From the IMG/VR virus record IMGVR_UViG_3300037091_000060, positions 36,421-100,420 of that record: 64,000 nt of DNA; one strand, written 5' to 3'. The position numbers were made by a program, and so were the translations under genes. The notes under the pieces are model-generated. The model worked only from the letters and a program-made list of their open reading frames with translations. It made no database searches and was not told where the DNA came from. Origin of the DNA: a virus. Position 1 is the first letter of the stretch. Each line of letters starts with the position of its first letter. Positions 19,201-30,100 of this stretch are shown one piece after another.

Positions 19201-22035
19201 TGCTGGATGGCTCATCGCTTCGTCTTTCGTCATCCCGCCGAATACCTCGTGGCTCACTGGACCAGCTAATTTCTGATTAACCCTCTTATCAATCTGAGAC
19301 AACAATTTTTCCGGGTCAACGATTCCGTTTTTATCTACAATGCTAGACGTATCATATACATACGCAGCCCCTGAACCCTTCGGCATGCTGGGGTGTTTAT
19401 CACTGCGAATTTCAATTCCGGTTGGCTCGTCTACCGCGTCCATAGCAGCGTGTGCCACCTCGTGAATGTGCGCGTCATTTGATGATACTTTCGTTCCAGT
19501 AATTTCTGTTGCAGGAGAGTGAGCCTTCATTGCAACTGAGTGCGACACTAGCGCAGACTCATCGCTACGTCCTAGTGAAACTAAGGTCGGATTTAGTTTG
19601 GTCGGCTCGCCGTCCGTCGCTCTCTGGTCGGCTTCGCTGATGATGTCGCTCTCGCTCTTGGGGCCTTCCGCTGCCGGGAGCGAGGTCTTCGCTGCCGCCG
19701 CGTGAATTTTACGATCTGCTGCATCCGCTTTCTCGATTTGAAGATTGATTCTCTTCATATCGCCTTCTAACTTTCCACCATTCTTCTTGATTGCAGCCAC
19801 GTCTTTCTTGAAGTCGTCTTCCAACTCCTGATAGCTCAAGGTCGCAGCATCTGGGTCGGAGGAGTTCGCTATCAGTTCTGCGTGCAAATCCTCGTTCTCG
19901 CGTGGAGTTAGATCGATTGGCTCTGGTGCCGCGACTGGCGTGGGCGTTGGTGGTTTCGGAATTGCAGGGCTGCCCTCTCCGGTGATCTTAGTTGGCTTAC
20001 GGTCGGTGCCCTTGTACTTCATCGCCTTCTCGATGAGTTGATTACGAGTCTTGGCGCGAGGAGAGAAGAAATCAGCGAGCGGGTCTGCCGCAGCTTCGCC
20101 TATACCTGCGCCAACCATCGCGCCGTGGACGCCGCCAGCTTCCCCACCGACGACTGCGCCTGCTACTGCTCCACCCTTGCGGGTCAACTTCGCTACCAAG
20201 CTGCCTAACTTGCTTTGGCCACCAGTGCCACGAACGGCTACATCGCCACGATTGGCTCTGATTTGCGCTCCCACGGCATCGCGCACGCGAGCCAGTGACG
20301 CAGTCTCGCTTCTAGCCTCTCTAGAGTTTTCGATTCCGTGACCTTCTAAATTGTTGTGAAGCGCATCACGCGCGGCTTCTAACATGAAAAAGCGGGCCGC
20401 AAACTCTGGGTTCGTTTCAATCATGTTGTTGATGTCCCAGTTGTTCGCACCCTTCATCGCACCGCGCTGGTAGTTGTTCAACTTCGTGATTAGCTCTATG
20501 GTCTCCCCCACAGTCGGGTTGGCAGCGGTTGGGAACTTGTCCAACGTTTTCGCAGCATTGTCAAAGTTGCTGTCTACCTTCGCCATCTCCATTAACTTTT
20601 GGACAGCGATGTTCTTCGGAGACAAAGAATCTTCCGGCTTTGTACCCGCAGGTTCACTGACAACTGGTTCGTCTTTGTACGGCTCGGCCTTTTCAAATAG
20701 GTTATTCTCGATGCCATCGCGGCCCTCTTCGATTGCGCTATACATCGCCGGAAGGTCCGTAATCTTGGTACCGCCCGCCTTCGCGGCCTCTGTGTGAGCT
20801 AGTGCGCGGTCCAAATCCTCATCCGAATATCGGTTCGTTCCCTTGTTTTTCGGCACGACCTGCTCAATCAAATCTTTTGCTTTCTTAGAGTCGCTGGCGG
20901 TACGTTCGTACTCCGCAGCCTTCGCCTTTTCGTCGGCTGATGTAATACGACGGTGTAGTTTCTCCAACTCGATTTTCGCGTCGGCGCGGGACTCAGATGC
21001 TTGGTCGAATGCCTTTTGAGCATCACCCACGTTCTTTGCAGCCTCATTTGCAAGCTGGCGTGCTGCATCTGTTTGTTGTGGAGTTCCTTTACCATCGGCC
21101 TCCGCTTGTGCCGCATCGAGTGCACGCTGGTGAACTTCCGCCGCCTGTCCGCGTGATGTTTCTAGATTACGTGAACGGTTGGTGTACTCTGTCTCCGCTG
21201 CGGTGTTTTTGTTTACCGCAACTCCGAAGCGTTCGATGACCGGGTTAAGTGCCTCGTGAACCTGACGTCCGGCGACGATGGCGGCAACGTTGCCGACCAT
21301 CTCCTGTGTATCCGGGTCTGCGCCCATCGCGGCGGCGGCTTTCACAGCCATCTGTTGGGCAGCCATCGCGGGAGTAATAACTGCGAGTGCCTCCGGCTGA
21401 AGCATGGCCGCAGGACCTAGTGCCTCAAACGTTCCGGCTACCGTTTTGTTGGCTGCGATTTCTAATTTCTTCGCATCTTCACCGTGAGCAGCGGCTGCTG
21501 ATACTGGGTTCACGCCGTGAGCGATGTCTGTTAGTGTTGGTGCAACTGCACGCTTGACATCGATGGCACCTTCGAGTGCTGCAGGCGCGCCTGTTAAAGC
21601 ACTGACACCCGGCATCATCTTCGCCGCGCCCGGTGCCACGCCGTACTCGGTGCCCTTCGCACCGAACTTGCTCAACATCGAACCAACCCAAGTTGAGTGG
21701 GTTCCGTTCTTAACGTCACCTTGAACATCCTGCAACCAAGAATGGAAGTCGTTTGGACGCGCACTCATTGATGTCGGACCTGCGCCAGCGAACGCTTTAT
21801 CAGCAACGTCGCGAGACGTGGTTGGTACGACACCACTTGGCGTAGCAATCGGAGTTGACTTGCTCATGTCAACCTTTATCGGTGCAGCTTGCTGTTGCTG
21901 TCCAATCGGAGTTGACTTGCTCATGTCAACCTTTATCGGTGCAGCTTGTTCTTGCGGAGCAGCGTCCTGCGGCGGTGCGTCAGGAGTCTGCTCGGGAGCC
22001 TGCTGTAGTTCTTCGTTACTCATCTGGTGTCTCAC
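16276..22035 (-). CDS. large multidomain (polyvalent-type) ejection protein
   Basis: 1919 aa at the end of the ejection-gene cluster; HEVAH zincin motif; C-terminal WY..SPQ..KVRNFY..TIDTH domain. Confidence 0.65.
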   Translation of the reverse strand: MRHQMSNEELQQAPEQTPDAPPQDAAPQEQAAPIKVDMSKSTPIGQQQQAAPIKVDMSKSTPIATPSGVVPTTSRDVADKAFAGAGPTSMSARPNDFHSWLQDVQGDVKNGTHSTWVGSMLSKFGAKGTEYGVAPGAAKMMPGVSALTGAPAALEGAIDVKRAVAPTLTDIAHGVNPVSAAAAHGEDAKKLEIAANKTVAGTFEALGPAAMLQPEALAVITPAMAAQQMAVKAAAAMGADPDTQEMVGNVAAIVAGRQVHEALNPVIERFGVAVNKNTAAETEYTNRSRNLETSRGQAAEVHQRALDAAQAEADGKGTPQQTDAARQLANEAAKNVGDAQKAFDQASESRADAKIELEKLHRRITSADEKAKAAEYERTASDSKKAKDLIEQVVPKNKGTNRYSDEDLDRALAHTEAAKAGGTKITDLPAMYSAIEEGRDGIENNLFEKAEPYKDEPVVSEPAGTKPEDSLSPKNIAVQKLMEMAKVDSNFDNAAKTLDKFPTAANPTVGETIELITKLNNYQRGAMKGANNWDINNMIETNPEFAARFFMLEAARDALHNNLEGHGIENSREARSETASLARVRDAVGAQIRANRGDVAVRGTGGQSKLGSLVAKLTRKGGAVAGAVVGGEAGGVHGAMVGAGIGEAAADPLADFFSPRAKTRNQLIEKAMKYKGTDRKPTKITGEGSPAIPKPPTPTPVAAPEPIDLTPRENEDLHAELIANSSDPDAATLSYQELEDDFKKDVAAIKKNGGKLEGDMKRINLQIEKADAADRKIHAAAAKTSLPAAEGPKSESDIISEADQRATDGEPTKLNPTLVSLGRSDESALVSHSVAMKAHSPATEITGTKVSSNDAHIHEVAHAAMDAVDEPTGIEIRSDKHPSMPKGSGAAYVYDTSSIVDKNGIVDPEKLLSQIDKRVNQKLAGPVSHEVFGGMTKDEAMSHPATRTDVSGARTAVRTAYPDWTPSQVEDYIDAQYEATRKFLTQPHIADRIKANAAVREDGLHESLHMSRGRMMQFQRDILEAHNEHEGTDSGPDSGGTGEGGEKDARPAGDGAEEKDTGGSESGRGQVVRGSDGEGETADRVEKSEIKKTPSVPPERSTGDAADDAAIKEGGGVPGGRMEFDKDNHVRMFHDPESGTTLGFSPKETVTPEATAEKLRASRAQYAAADKPKTEQSNIDHDEVLANIKRAYGVHDDPKISRAAGFITPDGRYIDLPVDHTEAIEEHGGGANGFGDGTVYKDNRQDFINESKAIRVHKSRERGGNTLAFSVPKDGVSAEQADAMARSFGANGDRNGILRMERADISPETRNTLSTEKEFPSASDVKPMLQKIQALEQSNVNKTDQVAAHEANGGSTFTPEGENLAGKDLYSVGAHPDRTLSVDKLTPEVLAKFKADNADLLSQGDRAVGTWKDPDTGKSVLDITKLHTDRDAAVAAGQDANQKAIYHLGSGETIPTGGTGEGTGGEDFNFGKNAEGTEDQQKGIISTAVPTGTKAIADPHTENVHIGMHSVTPEAAVKIANKIREMPGMRIPDGLKDPQKVISKYIDQFKSNLKDLYNQVPKETRDATAKWYESANKIGDRIASKYGKSTKQGAGVLAAMSPQKDWNMNVGLAERTTDIYHQHADDSLAPEAHKKAGEIGLGGMADAIGDRTLNQLTEPLEKAAFIRIWDETHNDRSFKYVDPGTGDYTHTMTNNDGSNSKIAWGALNEIAKGVNILDDGSRENISRNLGGSHKVRNFYNNIVDPNNPGGHVTIDTHAVAAGHQRPLSGKDPEVLDNFGRLSVAATGLKGTYAVHAEAYRQAAAELGIQPRQLQSITWEQVRKNFPAELKSSPAHRTAIDDIWGKYKDGKITQSQAQQQVSAYAKTAREQISENAEKPKTPKLEPDTFDFGGNTQKSGVANLGDMPVLKSKYLNLHGAK
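21847..21948. repeat. 45-bp direct repeat x2 (period 57 bp)
   Basis: Encodes QAAPIKVDMSKSTPI twice. Confidence 0.85.
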
Positions 22036-24343
22036 CCGGATTTACTTTACGTAAACCGTTGCCCGCTGCGTCGTGCCAATACAGCGTCTTACCATCTGGT
22101 CCCGGTCCAAAGCCTGTTGCTTTCGGTAGATCGGATGGACGCTGTATCGCGCCCTTGGGAGCGTTAGCTGGTAGACCCGCTGACTTCGTTGGCTGTTGCT
22201 TTTGTTCCTGCGGCTGCGGGAAATCCTTAAGCAGGTAACGGTTGTCGCCTATCATCTCTTTCTTACGATTACCTAATAGGTTGCGCAAGGTTTCAGAGAC
22301 ACCCTTGACTTGGTCCTTGGTAAACTTCTGGTTGAAGAGTGCTTGTGCTTGAACCAATTTTGCGTCGCTGGTGCCGCTGCCGGAGCCGCCACCTTGCAAA
22401 ATCTTAGCAACTTGGTCGGCAACTTCCGTGACGGTTGCATAATACGCAGCCATCTGTGAGTCACCTGTGTTGATCTTAGCCCATGCCTCTGCGTTGTTGA
22501 TGGGTGGGAATTCTGTACGGTTTATTTTGTCAGACTGTGACACCAACTCACCCAAGTTACCGCTCTTGTTATCTTGTCCGGTCAAAGAATTTAGGTACTT
22601 TAGTGTGTTCTGAGTTGCTGGGTTGTTAGCAAACTTGAAGTCGGTCTGCGCCTTCGCAATATCAAAGTGCTTACCCGTTGCTGCCATCTCTTGCTTGTCA
22701 GCCTCGTTTAAGGTTGCTTGATATGACTTGGCACGCTTCGACAACTGGCTCGGGTCCATATTCCCCGTACGCAGCAGGTCAGCAGCTTGGGAAACATCGC
22801 CCGACTCGTCCGCCTTCTTAAGAGCTTCCTTAGTTGCCGCCTCGCGATCTTCCTTCCGAATCTGACGGTCTTCATCAGCCTTTGCTACCGCGAGATTCTG
22901 TGTAACAAGGTCCCCCAATTGCTTTTTCTGCGTGGCTGTGTAATCATTAGTCGGGTCATCTAGCATTGCTTTAGCTGATGCCGCTAGTCCTGTAGCCTGT
23001 TCGCCAGACGCGCCGATTGACTTCTTTTGCAGTTCGCTATACGTTGTACCGAAATCACTGCTCTTCTTTTCGAAGGCATTAACTTGCTTTTCAGTGAACG
23101 CGTCTGCCGCGAATTGCTTCAACTTCTCATGCTCTTCCTGCACGTCCGCAAGCTGGCTCTTTGCCCAATCATACGCGGGCTGATTCTTCTGCGCTTGCGC
23201 ATCAGCCATCTGCTTCTGGTAATCATCGATCTGCGCGTTGCCATTCGCAATCTGTTCTTGGACCCCGCCGTACGGGTCGCCCGGTTTGTGTGAGATGGCA
23301 GCTTGGATGGTCGGGTCCGTCAAGGCTGGTCTCAGCGTTTTAATTTCATCGGCTGACAACGGCTTCTCCCTACCGTTATTCAAATGGTTGACGGCCATTC
23401 TGTCCGCCTGCATGGTCGTGTCCATCGCAACGAACTGCCCCGTGGTCAATTTCGTGCCCACAGGCATCTTGGTGCCGTAAAAATTCTCCATGTGAGCAGA
23501 CATAGCTGCGTCGACCGCGTGGTCATCTGGCGCGCCGTCCTTAGTTGCTTTATCAATGATGGTGTAGCGCGGCGTGGTAACAGGGTCTCCGTACTTGTCT
23601 TTCTGCGGTTTACCGTCTGCGTTTGAAACAGGCTCGCTGCCGATCTCGCGAACGTAGTGATTGAGCGCGAATTTCGGGTCCTTCATTTTCTTTTGTACTT
23701 CGTCAAAACTAGCCTCGACGTTGTTGTGGTTCAAATCCATGATGTCATTGAAGTGCTGGTTGCCCTTGTGAAACTCCGCAGCATCCTCCGCACTTTGTTT
23801 GAACGCGTTACGGTGCAGCGCGATGGTCTCGGCCTGAGTCTTCGCCATCAAGATATCGTCTTTCTTCGCTTGCGCGAGACGCTGGTTGCGAGCGTTCAAG
23901 GTGTTCGCAACGCCTGATAACCATCCGCCCTTTGTGTCGCTAGCGTGGGCCGCGTCACCGAATCCGGCTGCAACTTCACCGACCGCACTCGACAACTTAC
24001 CGCCGAAGGAACCGGGACGCGGCTGGTCGCCGCCCGCTGGTGCTGGTGTTGGCGCATCCGGGTCTGCCGCTGGCTTCGTTGTATCTACCGGGGCCGCATC
24101 CTTCGCAGCCTTAGCGTCCCGAATGGCTTTGGTCTGTTGACCTAAGGGTGAATTCGCCTGCACCTCTGTGATGTGCTGCAAATAGCCCGCTACGATACCG
24201 TCTAAACCCGAACCAGCGAGGATGCCGCCGCCCACAGCGGCTGGTGAGGCCGGAGGCGCGGTCCCTTGGGTATCCGCAGCTTGAGTCGGGGCCTGCTGTA
24301 CGCCAGCGAGTGCGCTCGGAATCTGGTTGTCGTTTTCAGTCAT
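22016..24343 (-). CDS. putative DNA ejection protein
   Basis: A/Q/K-rich helical protein in the ejection-gene position. Confidence 0.55.
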   Translation of the reverse strand: MTENDNQIPSALAGVQQAPTQAADTQGTAPPASPAAVGGGILAGSGLDGIVAGYLQHITEVQANSPLGQQTKAIRDAKAAKDAAPVDTTKPAADPDAPTPAPAGGDQPRPGSFGGKLSSAVGEVAAGFGDAAHASDTKGGWLSGVANTLNARNQRLAQAKKDDILMAKTQAETIALHRNAFKQSAEDAAEFHKGNQHFNDIMDLNHNNVEASFDEVQKKMKDPKFALNHYVREIGSEPVSNADGKPQKDKYGDPVTTPRYTIIDKATKDGAPDDHAVDAAMSAHMENFYGTKMPVGTKLTTGQFVAMDTTMQADRMAVNHLNNGREKPLSADEIKTLRPALTDPTIQAAISHKPGDPYGGVQEQIANGNAQIDDYQKQMADAQAQKNQPAYDWAKSQLADVQEEHEKLKQFAADAFTEKQVNAFEKKSSDFGTTYSELQKKSIGASGEQATGLAASAKAMLDDPTNDYTATQKKQLGDLVTQNLAVAKADEDRQIRKEDREAATKEALKKADESGDVSQAADLLRTGNMDPSQLSKRAKSYQATLNEADKQEMAATGKHFDIAKAQTDFKFANNPATQNTLKYLNSLTGQDNKSGNLGELVSQSDKINRTEFPPINNAEAWAKINTGDSQMAAYYATVTEVADQVAKILQGGGSGSGTSDAKLVQAQALFNQKFTKDQVKGVSETLRNLLGNRKKEMIGDNRYLLKDFPQPQEQKQQPTKSAGLPANAPKGAIQRPSDLPKATGFGPGPDGKTLYWHDAAGNGLRKVNPGETPDE

Positions 24344-24355
24344 TTTATTAGTCCT

Positions 24356-24973
24356 TTATTTATGCGCCCCGTATATGCTTGCAGCAGAACCCGCGAGCGC
24401 GGTAATGCCGCCTGCGATGTCTTGACCCATCTGGTTGTTTTCCTGCGTGATCTGAGATGCTTGACCGAAGGCGTTTTGGTTCTCGCCGATTGCACCACTC
24501 TGCGCACCGTTTGGGTTGTAGTCTTGAGCCAACGCCTGCATGCCGCCCAACGCGGTATTGTAGTTTCGGTTGCCTTGCTCTTCGTCCGCGAGAGCGATGT
24601 TGCCCTCTTGACCAGCCAAAGCGTTCGCCGCGCCGGAGCCGATCTGAGACTGAATCTGTTTCTGGATGCCAGAAGTTAGACCGCTGGTTCCGCCGCCGCC
24701 CTGTCCCGCGCCGTACGTGCGGGCCGCCTGCTGCGCTGCGGTGTTTGCACCGCCAGCGGCGTTAATCGCCTTCGTTTCTAAGGCCGATCTCTCTGCGCCA
24801 CTGAAGCCGTTCTGGCTCGGACCAGCAGCGAGAGTCGGAGACAGCGTTTTGTTGAGCACGTCCAGCACGCCTCCTTGTCCAGCGAACAGTTTGGCGTAAT
24901 TCCCTTGCAGTTGATTTGCAAACGCTTGGCTCGATGCTTGGAGCGACTTTTCGTCTGATGATGGTCCGCACAT
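24356..24973 (-). CDS. putative small ejection/pilot protein
   Basis: G/A/Q-rich, MCG start, directly after the GNAT-like gene. Confidence 0.55.
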   Translation of the reverse strand: MCGPSSDEKSLQASSQAFANQLQGNYAKLFAGQGGVLDVLNKTLSPTLAAGPSQNGFSGAERSALETKAINAAGGANTAAQQAARTYGAGQGGGGTSGLTSGIQKQIQSQIGSGAANALAGQEGNIALADEEQGNRNYNTALGGMQALAQDYNPNGAQSGAIGENQNAFGQASQITQENNQMGQDIAGGITALAGSAASIYGAHK

Positions 24974-25401
24974 TATTTTTGTACCTCAAAATCCAGTTGG
25001 TAATCGTCGTCTTCCACTGGTTTAAAACCTAAACGTTTACACATGAACGCCACTAAAGTCGGGCTGACTGAGTTGAATATCATGCCCTTTTTGTCTGGTA
25101 ACTCTTTGAAATACCCAATCAACGATTCCATGCACTTCAACATCCCGACAACCAGTCTGCGCTTCGAGACGACGGACTCGGGCGCGAACTGGGTGTGGAT
25201 GCGAACATACCCGCCTTCCTCATCAAGTCGAACGTAGGTCAGGGGACCACGCTCGTCCATCAGACAGAAGGCGAGTAAGCTACCTTTGACACCAGTTAAC
25301 CACCACTCAGGATGTCCGAGGTGGAAGTGGTAAGGGTCGTGTTGAATCCACTCACTGATTTGTTCCAAATCATCGGTGGTGGACGAGGTGAAATTAATCA
25401 T
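24973..25401 (-). CDS. GNAT-like morphogenesis protein
   Basis: Ends KRLGFKP; position matches P22 gp14-like genes; start at MINF. Confidence 0.5.
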   Translation of the reverse strand: MINFTSSTTDDLEQISEWIQHDPYHFHLGHPEWWLTGVKGSLLAFCLMDERGPLTYVRLDEEGGYVRIHTQFAPESVVSKRRLVVGMLKCMESLIGYFKELPDKKGMIFNSVSPTLVAFMCKRLGFKPVEDDDYQLDFEVQK

Positions 25402-27137
25402 TACATGGCCTCTAACTTCATATGCACTTCGTAGATCATTGTTCCCGGCACGTTCGAGGCATAGCCGACGGCCCACTGGAAGGAAGTTCCCGCCGCCACC
25501 CACACAATCATGCTGCCAGTGAGTACGGAAACCGTTGTGTTTATAGAGTTCGACGTGACCGCCGCGCCCGTCTCATCAGCCATCAACATGATATTGCTCT
25601 GAGCGACTGAATCGGTTCCGTCCGTGTATGCTATCGTGACTGGCCCCAACGTAGAAGATGTAGCGTCTACTGTCGTGACTTTCAAATAGGCCGAGATACG
25701 ATACAACCTAGTCAAAGGTGGGTTAAGGAAGGTTGTCGGCGCGATTGCAGCGGACTGCGCTGTCAGGTCGACAGTGGCTTTCTCGATAGCAACTCCGGCA
25801 CCAGCTAAGTCCGCAGCCGAAATCGTGCCAACTGTGAACGCACCGCCGACGGTGGTCTGCTTTACAAAGTCCCCAGTTCCGCCCGTCGCACCGAGGTTCG
25901 CCCCGGTTCCGCCAGAGAACGTCGATAGAACTCCCTGACTGTTACTAAGATTTATAGGCGCGGGAGTGCGAAATCTTGGGATGCCAGCGACCAAAGTTGT
26001 AGTTGAAATTTCCAACACTTCAACATTCGCGAGAACCGACGCTAGACCATAAATTCCGCCGTCTTGAAGGTAGACCTGAATTGTGAGGGTCTCCGCTCCC
26101 GCTAGCGTGTTTGGCAACAACCAAACAGTGCTTTGAGCGTTCGACAAAAACGATTGTTCGAATCCGGTGTACGAGTCCGCGATGAAAATCGGAGTAAGAC
26201 CCTGAGTGTCTGATATGCTATACCCGGTTTTGGCGATGCCGTTAGGATTGGAAGCAGTTACAACCGCGCGAAAAATTAACAGCAACGCGTGTCCGGCCCC
26301 GGTAGGAGCCAGCGTCACAGTAATCTGTGATGTACCGCCGTTACTTCCGCTAGCACTTTGATAAACCGTCGGAAGTGGTCCCGCAAAGATAGCGATGTTG
26401 GTTGCCCAGCTTGCGTTGTTTGCTGTGACAGCACCCTCGGTTGCGACGGCACCAACCCCGGCGACCATCGCCTGTTCCATGATCGGATTAGTTGTGGTAT
26501 GTCCCGGTAGCGCAGTCCAGCCTACGGGGTCCGATGCGAAAGACCCAGCAGTTATGGTGCCGACGTACAATGCCCACGAAGGAATTACAGAGGCCACGCC
26601 GCTCGTTGTTGTAACAATGGTGCCGAGAGACGTCGCACTTCCACCATTGGTCCCGAAGGACGCGTCGAAACCGCCCGCGTTTGCAGGAGGCCCGGAGAAT
26701 ACAGTCAGAGCGGGTTCTGCCGCCCATCCGAGAACCAACGGCCCCGGGAGAGTGACTGTCTGCGTTGGGGGAGTAAGTTCCGGTGGGACGTTCAGTGTGA
26801 TTTGATCTGAGTCGCTACCACCGCCTGAACCGGACCCGCCAGAGCTAGTACCGCCGCCAGCCTTGGTAACCACGGAGGCACTCTTCGTTGCCGCGTTCAC
26901 TGACGCGATAGCCGCAGGGGCGGGCGGCATCAACGAGAAATTCGGAACACGAGGCGAACCAGTTGCGGTACTTACAAAACTAGTATCGTGTTGCAACCCC
27001 GGGGCGATTGAGCCTGCAAAAAGTGGCGGCGAATCGTGGGGAGCAGGCGCAGTCGGACCAGCGGTAGGGTTCGGAGACTCCGCTGGCTCCCAGTTGTCCG
27101 GAACCTCTCCCTCTTTAATCAGGTTGTTGTTTGCCAT
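25401..27137 (-). CDS. tail/virion structural protein
   Basis: T/G/A-rich beta-type composition; inside the morphogenesis operon. Confidence 0.55.
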   Translation of the reverse strand: MANNNLIKEGEVPDNWEPAESPNPTAGPTAPAPHDSPPLFAGSIAPGLQHDTSFVSTATGSPRVPNFSLMPPAPAAIASVNAATKSASVVTKAGGGTSSGGSGSGGGSDSDQITLNVPPELTPPTQTVTLPGPLVLGWAAEPALTVFSGPPANAGGFDASFGTNGGSATSLGTIVTTTSGVASVIPSWALYVGTITAGSFASDPVGWTALPGHTTTNPIMEQAMVAGVGAVATEGAVTANNASWATNIAIFAGPLPTVYQSASGSNGGTSQITVTLAPTGAGHALLLIFRAVVTASNPNGIAKTGYSISDTQGLTPIFIADSYTGFEQSFLSNAQSTVWLLPNTLAGAETLTIQVYLQDGGIYGLASVLANVEVLEISTTTLVAGIPRFRTPAPINLSNSQGVLSTFSGGTGANLGATGGTGDFVKQTTVGGAFTVGTISAADLAGAGVAIEKATVDLTAQSAAIAPTTFLNPPLTRLYRISAYLKVTTVDATSSTLGPVTIAYTDGTDSVAQSNIMLMADETGAAVTSNSINTTVSVLTGSMIVWVAAGTSFQWAVGYASNVPGTMIYEVHMKLEAM

Positions 27138-30100
27138 TAGATTTCAATTACTAGTCGCCCGAATATTGTCAGGTTGAAAAGTTCATCGGGGTTAGCCGTC
27201 ACGCCCATATCCACTCTTAGCTGCAAGTGTCTGCAACGCGCCAATGAACCTGTGGTATCAAAGTAGTAGCGATTCGGACTGTAACTGGTCGGTGAGATCG
27301 TGTCGCCGTACAACGACGGCGGGTCAAACTGCGGCACGCCTAGCGCACCGTTTACGAACGACGTGAAGGTGCCGTTTAATTCGTTCAACAGATAGCTCAC
27401 AGTCGGCTGATAACTGATGCCTGAGAAATCCATCTCGAAGAATCTTAGCAACGCAATCGCTCCCGGCTTCGCCAACATTATACTGCCCATCGTAAAGTTT
27501 GCATCATACGGAGTGCCGTTGTCAGTGAAGACCGTCAAATCACGAGTGGATAGAACTGCGGGCGACGTTGGGCCACCGATTAGCAAACGATGAATGCCCG
27601 GTGCTGTCTCCACGCTCTGAACCAACTTGCAGCCGCCCGTAATTGCTGCGAACGGAGACCAAATCGGTTCCGGGCCTTGAGAACCGCCCGGTACTTGACG
27701 TGGGTTTAGACGGTACCACCCAGTTGAACCGTCGGATACGAAGATACAGTTATCAGTTCCGTTTCGAAGAATCGATACATAAATATTCTTCGGATTCCAC
27801 GTGGCATCGCCAATTCCGAACGACGGTTGATTTGCAAACTGGTCCCCCAGCGCATATCCATAAGTAGACACGTTCAACGAGGGGGTAATGACATTGAATG
27901 AGTTATCCGCTGCAAAGAAATATATTTCTCCCGCGAACACGTCACACGCGTTGAAACTTAGTAGACCGATTCCCGGTGCCATCGTGTACGAAAAGAACGT
28001 TCCTGTTGCAGGTCCGCCGCCAATCATCTCGATGCTGTCGGTTAAGAATGTCACAATGCCTTGCGACGTTCTGATTAAACGTATAGCTGGCGCAAGGAAA
28101 GGAAGTTCGTCCGCTGCATTGAAGGCCTCGTTTGGATTCCCGACGTTGGTGTCTGGACCGCCTGAGAACGGAACGCTCTGACCGTTTATCATATTTACAC
28201 CCCAGATGCGGGTGTAGTTATATGTCATTGGCAGGTAGCTGTTCAACGGTGGGTCGTTCACGCCGTTAATCGGAGCAGGTAGAAGAACGTTTAATCCCGG
28301 AAAGGTTCCTGTGGCTACGCTCGGTAAGAAATCTTTGAAAGTCCATCCCTTACCACCGTAGATTGGTGCTTGAGACGGGATGTTAGGAATTTCTGTTAAC
28401 TCGAACATGTTGGCAGAACCGCTCGCGCTGTCTGCGGAACGATAAATCACGATAGTGTCGACTTGTGGGTCTGGACTGTAGTCACCGCTGATAGTGTTTA
28501 TCGCGCCCGTGTTCGCACCGATGATCTGATTTACAGGAGACGCAGACGAGATCGCGTTTGTTTGAGAACCGAATGGCGGTTGAAGAAAGGCCTTGCCGCC
28601 CGGAGGGATTGCCCCGCCGCCCAGTGGTCCAACCGAATAGAAGTCGTCCAAAGGTCGCGCCTTGTAACTGTAAGCGTATGCTAAACCAAACGACCAAGCA
28701 ATTGATTGCGACGAGGCGGCGGATGCAGCCTGCCACGTAATTGTGTCGTCCGTGGTAGTCGGGGGCGTCGATAATATAGTAGACCACGTCGGCACTGTGC
28801 CGCCCGACGTGCCAGACGAAATCACGGCCTGCACGTTACCGCTCCCGATGACCTCGGAACCGCCGAAGGGTTCAGACGGACCCGGTGGCTGAAATCCTTG
28901 TGTCGGTAAATTCCAAGTTTGAAGTGCAGCCCAAGGGACGTTGGGTCCAACGCAGGTCCATATGATGCCGCCGTCGGTTGTGGTCGACATGTAACCCGTA
29001 CTAAACGTTGGTACGGTGCCGCCACTGAGTCCTGTACCACCCGCGACCAATCTGGTGCAGACTTGAAAAGTTGAACTTACAGTGTCAAAAATAACACCAA
29101 AGGTGCTCCCTTGTGCAGACCAAGGAACGTAGGCGAAATTAGCCTGCCATGCGGAAGGGCCTAGATTTAACCACTGAACCTCTCCGTCGCCTTGTACAAA
29201 ACCGATAGGCGATGCAGGAGGAAACGGCTGGTAGCCCGTTCCTGATGTCCCGGCTGTTGTCGGAACGAACAGATAAACTGTGGTACCCGGCGCAGCCGGA
29301 AGATTGCCAGTTAGAACGATATCTGAGTTCGTCGCATTAATTGTCGCAGGACTTCCAGTGGTGTGCCACAACGCGTACGAGTGAGACGGGTGCCAACGCA
29401 TCAAGGCCATACCCGCAGGGGTTGCATAACTTCCGATTGCAAACCAGTGCAAGCCAACGTTGCCTGTATTGTTTATGTCTGGGTAGCCGCCGCTGGGTCC
29501 CGGATACGCACCGTTGAACTTCGGTTCGTTATTCGGAGTGTTCGCTTGGCCGAGGCCGCCCGAGTTCTTGTAGTTACCGTAAACCGCCGACTGCGTAGTC
29601 GGGCCTGCGATTGCTCCCGGCTTCGCGTATGACTCGCCACCAACGCCAGCGGACCCGAGGTCAGTATAAAAACCGCCCGGTACATAATCTGCGAGCGCAC
29701 CCATGTTAGTCCACACCACACCGTTATCGTTTACAGTCCCGCCCTCGTTGGTCGGCCAAGTCGGCTCACCGTTTCCAGTGGTGCCGAACTGAGGGGTGGT
29801 CGTGTTCAATCCGTTTGCGTTCACGCCAATGACTTGCCAAATCTGTGAAGGCGAGTTGGTGTCGAGTGTAAGACCCATTGTCGAGAAGACAGTTGCAGCC
29901 TGCCACACAGATGCGCCTGCGCCTGATGGACTGATGCTAACCCCGGGCTGCTTAGTGGGGGCTATGATGCCCCAATTCCAAACAGAAACTGAACTTCCCG
30001 CAGGAGTGCTAGGGAAATTAATATTCAGCGGGGTATACTTATGAGTAGTGATTCCATCACCCGCGAACAACACGCCCGCTACAGCGACAAAGTATGTCTG

